A DNA stretch of 64,000 nucleotides from a virus. Shown here in pieces: positions 59,400-64,000 of this stretch (the first letter of the stretch is position 1; every line of letters starts with the position of its first letter). Location: positions 45,537 to 109,536 of the IMG/VR virus record IMGVR_UViG_3300045988_177049; one strand, written 5' to 3'. The notes under the pieces were generated by a model that was not told the origin of the DNA, searched no databases, and saw nothing but the letters and a program-made list of their open reading frames with translations. The position numbers were made by a program, and so were the translations under genes.

Positions 59400-60341
59400 T
59401 CATTCGACGATCTGCCCACGTCCACGTTGCACCGACTCAGCTCGATCCAACTCGCGAGCCTTCTCTCGAAGACGCGCCCGTGCGTCAAGCACAGTCTTGT
59501 TCGTCAGATCGATCGCGGAAGATGTCACCTGGTTGAACAAAAGCGGTTCAGTCTTATCGACGAGCAACCACGTGAGCATGAGTTCCAGCTCATAGAGCTG
59601 TTTCTCAGCGCTGAGCGCCCGCCTCGTCATCGCATCGAGATCTTTTTGAGCGCGCTTCTGGTTATCCAACACCTGCTCCACCTTCATTTCGATGGCGGCA
59701 ACGCGCCCCTGCCCCGTGCGCAAGACCTCAGCGGCGCGACGAGTGTTCTCGTCCACCCCTGGGATCTCGATATCCAAAGAACTCATTGCAAGCGCCGTGA
59801 TCAGAGACGCAAACGACAGAGCCTTACTCTGGGTTGATGCTGTCAGCGCCGCACCTAGTGCCGGTGCCCCAAGCCTCGTCAACTCGTCTCGAATAGCTTG
59901 ATCGATCACAGCAGGCATGTCACGTGGTCGCTTCTTCTCGCCATCAAAGGTAAACGAGGCGTCGCCCTCGATCGTCACCGGGATCTCGCTGCCATCGCGA
60001 TGACGCAAAGTCATCGGCACCGTCTCATGACTTGGCTCATCAATCCCCTTCTGAGGCTCACCACTGGGGGTCTCACTCTCACGAGCAGACGAGTTAACAC
60101 CCTCTGCTTCCGTGATCGCATCCCCCGGCTCATCGCGCTGAGGCTGTGGCGGGGTCGCACCGATACCAGACGTGGCCCCAGGAGCAGCGCTACTGTGACC
60201 ACCGCTGCCACCGTGCTGTCCACGCGCCGAGACCACAACAGGCCGATCGCTATGACCTCGCTCGCGCAACTGCTTCTTAATGGCAGCGCGAGGATCAAAA
60301 ATCTCAGGCGCTCTACCGTCGTAATCGTACTCAGGCATCAT
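59400..60341 (-). CDS. hypothetical protein (313 aa) with a Gly/Ser-rich N-terminal region and a coiled-coil C-terminal half
   Basis: ORF overlapping the upstream ribbon-helix-helix gene by 4 nt (ATGA). Confidence 0.4.
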   Translation of the reverse strand: MMPEYDYDGRAPEIFDPRAAIKKQLRERGHSDRPVVVSARGQHGGSGGHSSAAPGATSGIGATPPQPQRDEPGDAITEAEGVNSSARESETPSGEPQKGIDEPSHETVPMTLRHRDGSEIPVTIEGDASFTFDGEKKRPRDMPAVIDQAIRDELTRLGAPALGAALTASTQSKALSFASLITALAMSSLDIEIPGVDENTRRAAEVLRTGQGRVAAIEMKVEQVLDNQKRAQKDLDAMTRRALSAEKQLYELELMLTWLLVDKTEPLLFNQVTSSAIDLTNKTVLDARARLREKARELDRAESVQRGRGQIVE

Positions 60342-60673
60342 TCTTCTCCGTCCTCGTCATCGAGCAGGTAACTGTCTCCTCGGGTGAGACCAATGATGGT
60401 ACCCGCCATTGATTCAACCATCTTATGAAGGTTGGCGACGTTACTCGCAAGAACAACCTGTGCATCAACGAGTTGAGCCAGGCGCGCTTGCTCCAAAGTC
60501 GGCAGATCGTAATCGCCATTGGCACGCGCGATATGCCCCTCGATGCACTCAATGATGAAATCATTAGCGCTCAAATTCTCTTTCTCAGCCCAATACGCAA
60601 CCTTGTCGCGTATGCTTTGTGGCATACGGACATTGAGCCTGACCATCGGCTCGCCTGCCTCGCGTTCGCTCAC
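60338..60673 (-). CDS. ribbon-helix-helix (CopG/Arc/MetJ-like) DNA-binding protein
   Basis: MVRLNVRMPQSIRDKVAYWAEKENLSANDFIIECIE fits the beta-strand and two-helix RHH pattern. It has an acidic C-terminus. Confidence 0.5.
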   Translation of the reverse strand: MSEREAGEPMVRLNVRMPQSIRDKVAYWAEKENLSANDFIIECIEGHIARANGDYDLPTLEQARLAQLVDAQVVLASNVANLHKMVESMAGTIIGLTRGDSYLLDDEDGEE

Positions 60674-60809
60674 CGTTAAGTTCTCCTTTCAAAGCCTTAT
60701 GGCTCTACGTTTCCGTTGATACTTAAGTATAACATAGTTCTGTGGCACACTGGTGTGTGCCGATAATTATACAGATTCTTATTTCCTTCTTTTTCTTTGG
60801 AGCACCCCT

Positions 60810-61250
60810 ATGTCACGCTTGCTCATCACAGGTTCTCGCGCTCATCAATGGACACCATATGATTCACACGCTCTACTCATCGCCGTGCGAGAAATCCTCG
60901 AAAAGACCCACACTCTTCCCACTCTCGTCCATGGCGGCGCAACCGGAGCAGACACCGAAGCTGCTCGTGCAGGACAGCGCCTGCTGGGTCTCCCGATTGA
61001 GGTTCATCGAGCCGACTGGAACACCTACGGCAGAGCCGCTGGCCCCATCCGTAACAAAGAGATGGTGAATCTTGGAGCCGACCTCTGCCTGGCCTTCCCT
61101 GACCACCCCAAGGGACAAGGTTCGCGCGGCACATGGGGATGCATCGACCTCGCGCACCAAGCCGGTATCCCCGTTTACGTGGTATGGAACCGTCGCATAT
61201 GGGTCTACAACCCATCGCATCCCGATCATGGGACCGCATACATCCTGTAA
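60810..61250 (+). CDS. SLOG-superfamily (DUF2493/YAcAr-like) Rossmann-fold nucleotide-binding protein
   Basis: Start at ATG 60810 after RBS ggag. LITGSRAHQW...LVHGGATGADTEAARAGQRL...GPIRNKEM matches the GGAxGADxxA...RN signature of DprA/LOG-like SLOG domains. Confidence 0.5.
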   Translation: MSRLLITGSRAHQWTPYDSHALLIAVREILEKTHTLPTLVHGGATGADTEAARAGQRLLGLPIEVHRADWNTYGRAAGPIRNKEMVNLGADLCLAFPDHPKGQGSRGTWGCIDLAHQAGIPVYVVWNRRIWVYNPSHPDHGTAYIL

Positions 61251-61275
61251 AACAGCTCGTAGAAAGGACTCATCT

Positions 61276-61731
61276 ATGACCCAATCCATCACCGACGTTG
61301 CAGCATTTATCCTGAACCGCACCGGAATTATCACGACAATGAAGCTCCACAAACTCGCGTACTACGCTCAGGCAGCACATATCGTCGCGCATGGCGGCAC
61401 ACCGCTGTTCCCAGAGGACTTCTACGCTTGGCGCTCTGGCCCTGTGGCCCCACTTCTGTTCATTTTGCACCGACACAAATTCCTCATCCGTCCCGGTGAG
61501 CTTCCACAAGGCGATCCCGATCGGCTCAGCGACGAGGAAAAGAACCTCATCATTCGCATCTGCACCCTCATGGGTAACATGACTGGTGCTGAACTCAGTG
61601 AACGCGTATGCTCAGAAGACCCGTGGTTGCACGCACGGGGCAACCAAAAGGCCTGTGATACAGGTGGCGATACACTGATCCCCAAGATCACAATGGGTGT
61701 CTACTACTTTGAGCACCCAATCCTTCACTAG
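61276..61731 (+). CDS. Panacea (DUF4065) domain protein, full length (151 aa)
   Basis: MKLHKLAYYAQAAHIVAHGGTPLFPEDFYAWRSGPVAPLLF matches the Panacea core. Start at ATG 61276 after RBS aaagga, 26 nt after the SLOG gene stop. Confidence 0.65.
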   Translation: MTQSITDVAAFILNRTGIITTMKLHKLAYYAQAAHIVAHGGTPLFPEDFYAWRSGPVAPLLFILHRHKFLIRPGELPQGDPDRLSDEEKNLIIRICTLMGNMTGAELSERVCSEDPWLHARGNQKACDTGGDTLIPKITMGVYYFEHPILH

Positions 61732-61798
61732 AGCAGAGTAGGAGTGAGTGTGGCGCACTAATGTGCGCCGAAAATTATAACGACTCTCTTTCTCTCCC

Positions 61799-61845
61799 GA
61801 CCCTCTCCCACCTTCCGTTACGGAGAGGGTCTCTTTTCTTCTCTT
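61799..61845 (+). terminator. rho-independent terminator after the SLOG-Panacea pair
   Basis: A 10-bp stem gaccctctcc / ggagagggtc is followed by tcttttcttctctt. An additional hairpin ggcgcac-TAA-gtgcgcc lies at 61752..61769. Confidence 0.6.
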
Positions 61846-61872
61846 ATCAACACAGCGAAAGGCCCCATCACC

Positions 61873-62121
61873 ATGGCTATTGACATCCATTATGTGACCA
61901 GCGAGAACGCCCACAAAGCGTTCTTGAACCGAGTCATTGATCGCTTCTGCCAGATCAATCCGACGATCGAGCCAGAACGCATGGAACCCTACATCGGGTA
62001 CCTTTTCGACTACACGATCGCAGATCTTGATATTCTTGCCTCGATTCTCATCGTTGACGTCGAATGGTTGCTCACCGGCCATGGCTACTGCCCGCCCGTT
62101 TCGCACAAATACCGCCACTGA
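61873..62121 (+). CDS. small hypothetical protein (82 aa), possible HTH-like C-terminal segment
   Basis: ORF with ...IADLDILASILIVDVEWLLTGHG, which is reminiscent of XRE or CI-type helix-3 endings. Confidence 0.3.
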   Translation: MAIDIHYVTSENAHKAFLNRVIDRFCQINPTIEPERMEPYIGYLFDYTIADLDILASILIVDVEWLLTGHGYCPPVSHKYRH

Positions 62122-62136
62122 TTAAGGACAATTCTC

Positions 62137-62892
62137 ATGTCAAAGAAACACCTCGGGTTGATTGGGATCATCACCCTCGCACTTGTCATCTGTGCGACTA
62201 TGATTGCCGGATACATCGCCTTTGCATACAAGCTGCACAATACCACTCCCCAGCCACAGCAAACGCAGCAGACTCAGCCCACGCCGCGCATCACGTACAA
62301 CGCTGATTACTATCAGGTTGACGGGCAGGCGCAGCGCTCATACAAGGACGCAAAGAAAGGTCAGATCACCTACTGTGATCTTGACTCTCTGGGCAGGCCC
62401 ACCTGTGCCTACGGCTTGCTCACCACTGATATGCGCAAAGCTGCTAAAGCCCGTGGTCGTCAGCATATTGACGTGAACCCCACAGGTTGGCCGAAGCACA
62501 ACCAGAAGGTCACGATCACCGATGGCTCGCAGTCATACACAGGGTGGTTCTGGAACCGCTCGCACATGATCGCTGATTCTCTCGGTGGCGACCCGGTGAA
62601 GGAGAACCTTGTCACCGGAACTCGCACCCAAAACGTTGGCATCAGCTCTGCTCATAACGGCGGCATGGCATACTCCGAGACCAAGGCGCGCTCGTACCTG
62701 GATAACCAAGCCCACGCATCGTGCCCGCTCTACTACGCAGTCACGCCCAATTACAACGGTAATGAGCTGATCCCTCGCACCGTGACTGTTGACATCGAAT
62801 CATGCGACAAGTCGATCTCCGAGCACATCACTGTGCCCAACACCGCAAATGGCTACACCATCGACTACAACACCGCTGAGATCAGCCACTAA
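62137..62892 (+). CDS. membrane-anchored DNA/RNA non-specific endonuclease (EndA/NucA-like, 251 aa)
   Basis: N-terminal TM LIGIITLALVICATMIAGYIAF. WFWNRSHMIADSLGG matches the (D/N)RGH active-site motif of EndA-type nucleases. RBS aaggacaa precedes the start. It is a paralog of 10343..11098. Confidence 0.55.
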   Translation: MSKKHLGLIGIITLALVICATMIAGYIAFAYKLHNTTPQPQQTQQTQPTPRITYNADYYQVDGQAQRSYKDAKKGQITYCDLDSLGRPTCAYGLLTTDMRKAAKARGRQHIDVNPTGWPKHNQKVTITDGSQSYTGWFWNRSHMIADSLGGDPVKENLVTGTRTQNVGISSAHNGGMAYSETKARSYLDNQAHASCPLYYAVTPNYNGNELIPRTVTVDIESCDKSISEHITVPNTANGYTIDYNTAEISH

Positions 62893-62918
62893 ACCCAAAG
62901 TTCGAAAAGGATTACACC

Positions 62919-63482
62919 ATGACTAACCGTCAAAAATTCATAGGTAACGCAGAAGCTCTCATTGAACTTCTCAACGACATTCTCAACGATGCTTTTTCCG
63001 ATGAAATCTCTGAAGAAAATGAATCCGACTTCGATGTCAAGACCGATCTCGACTACGCTCTTGATTGCTTCTGCGACATCTTCAACATCGACATTGATAA
63101 GTCTCTTATCACCGATAGGGATAATGGGGATAATCCCATTGATACTTCCGAAAAGGCTGAAAAAGCAATGACAGAAGATGAGAGCGAGCCAGAAAAGCTC
63201 ACTGGCGACATGTTCGAAGCCGAAGGTCCTGACGGTACTCGTCATATCTTCAAGGCGAGTAGTTTCTCCGCCGGTACGATCATTGATCCACCGGGGTGTA
63301 ATACGTTCTATCACATTCATCGACCACACAACCCCAATGAACCTTTTTGCGTTTGGGTGGACCCATGGGGCAATCATTACACTAATGATGATCTCGCAGA
63401 AATTGTTCGACGTTGTAATGCCGCACATAACCCCGATACTACAATGATCATCTCGCGCGCAAGAGATATAGCGAACAACTGA
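62919..63482 (+). CDS. hypothetical acidic cytoplasmic protein (187 aa), AT-rich, candidate partner or immunity protein for the upstream nuclease
   Basis: RBS aaaagga precedes the ATG, 26 nt after the nuclease stop. Very acidic N-terminal half. No motif recognised. Confidence 0.4.
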   Translation: MTNRQKFIGNAEALIELLNDILNDAFSDEISEENESDFDVKTDLDYALDCFCDIFNIDIDKSLITDRDNGDNPIDTSEKAEKAMTEDESEPEKLTGDMFEAEGPDGTRHIFKASSFSAGTIIDPPGCNTFYHIHRPHNPNEPFCVWVDPWGNHYTNDDLAEIVRRCNAAHNPDTTMIISRARDIANN

Positions 63483-63516
63483 CACATGGTATATAATACT
63501 GATATACCAATCAAAA

Positions 63517-63603
63517 TCCCTCGTGGCGAAACAGGCAGACGCGTCTGATTCAAAATCAGATGTCCACAAGGACGTGTGGGTTCAACTCCCACCGAGGGAA
63601 CCA
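63517..63603 (+). tRNA. tRNA-Leu (anticodon CAA), type II with a long variable arm, CCA encoded
   Basis: The acceptor strands tccctcg / cgaggga are perfectly complementary, followed by a discriminator A and CCA. D-arm gcgaaacaggcagacgc. Anticodon stem tctga / tcaga with loop ttCAAaa. Variable arm gtccacaaggac. T-arm gtggg-ttcaact-cccac. The overall layout parallels E. coli tRNA-Leu(CAA). Confidence 0.75.
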
Positions 63604-63926
63604 CCCAGCGGTTGGATAATGCTGGATGAATAGAAGAGGGATAGCTACCCTCTCCTGCCATTGAACTTTCCTTGCCTCGGTTCCATGGCTAGACCAACCG
63701 CCGTGATCGGGGGATCACGTATGGGGTCGCACCCCAGACGAGCACATAATTTAATATAGTGTGTGTTTCTGTCGGCTCGCCAAACAGCATCCCCCACCAC
63801 AAACCACCTCTCCCAGAGGTAGCGGAACGCTGATGGAATCACCTTCCTCAACGTAGACCGCATCCGGTGTGCTCTTTGTTCTATTAACAGAGGTAATCTG
63901 AGAACAAAGGGCACACCCGCCAGCAA

Positions 63927-63999
63927 CGGAATGTGGCGCAGTTGGTAGCGCACCTGGTTTGGGACCAGGGGGTCGTGAGTTCGAGTCTCACCATTCCGA
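63927..63999 (+). tRNA. tRNA-Pro (anticodon TGG)
   Basis: Acceptor strands cggaatg / cattccg. D-arm gcgcagttggtagcgc. Anticodon stem cctgg / ccagg with loop ttTGGga. T-arm ggtcg-tgagttcgagtctcacc. Discriminator A at 63999. Confidence 0.75.
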
Positions 64000-64000
64000 C

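Noticed and set aside
61072-61275. 68-aa N-terminal extension of the Panacea ORF (track start 61072)
   Set aside because: It overlaps the SLOG gene 60810..61250. A good RBS and ATG lie at 61276, just after that gene's stop.
62889-63569. 226-aa minus-strand ORF
   Set aside because: It is antisense to the RBS-supported plus-strand ORF 62919..63482, and its 5' end runs through the tRNA-Leu gene.

Overview
This window is a high-GC, Actinobacteria-like mobile-element segment carrying a Gram-positive-type conjugation apparatus, almost entirely on the minus strand from ~59.4 kb down to ~27.6 kb: a MobP-like relaxase with an HxHxH motif, a VirD4/TraG coupling protein, a VirB6-like polytopic protein, a CwlT-like muramidase plus NlpC/P60 wall hydrolase, a TopB-like topoisomerase IA, and a ribbon-helix-helix protein. 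Around this core sit several unusual genes. A 1817-aa single polypeptide carries both catalytic signatures of multisubunit RNA polymerases, the beta-type GDKxxxxHGNKGV and the beta-prime-type DFDGD. A Clp/Hsp100-like double-AAA+ ATPase is interrupted by two LAGLIDADG inteins, the first sitting exactly between the K and T of its Walker A motif, and an intein-free paralog lies at the left end. A UvrD-like helicase gene is split within motif III by a ~1.06-kb candidate group I intron that encodes a double-motif LAGLIDADG homing endonuclease. Also present are a MazF/PemK-like, ImmA-like peptidase and Panacea (DUF4065) cluster, a second SLOG/DUF2493 plus Panacea pair, two membrane-anchored EndA-like nuclease paralogs, an LAxTG surface protein, and HNH and Vsr-like nucleases. 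tRNA-Leu(CAA) and tRNA-Pro(TGG) lie at the right edge. Several proteins in the RNA-polymerase operon share an acidic C-terminal tail ending in FEL, and two proteins flanking the relaxase end in EPEF. No CRISPR array, rRNA or integrase is visible. Many antisense ORFs in the six-frame track are artefacts of high GC.
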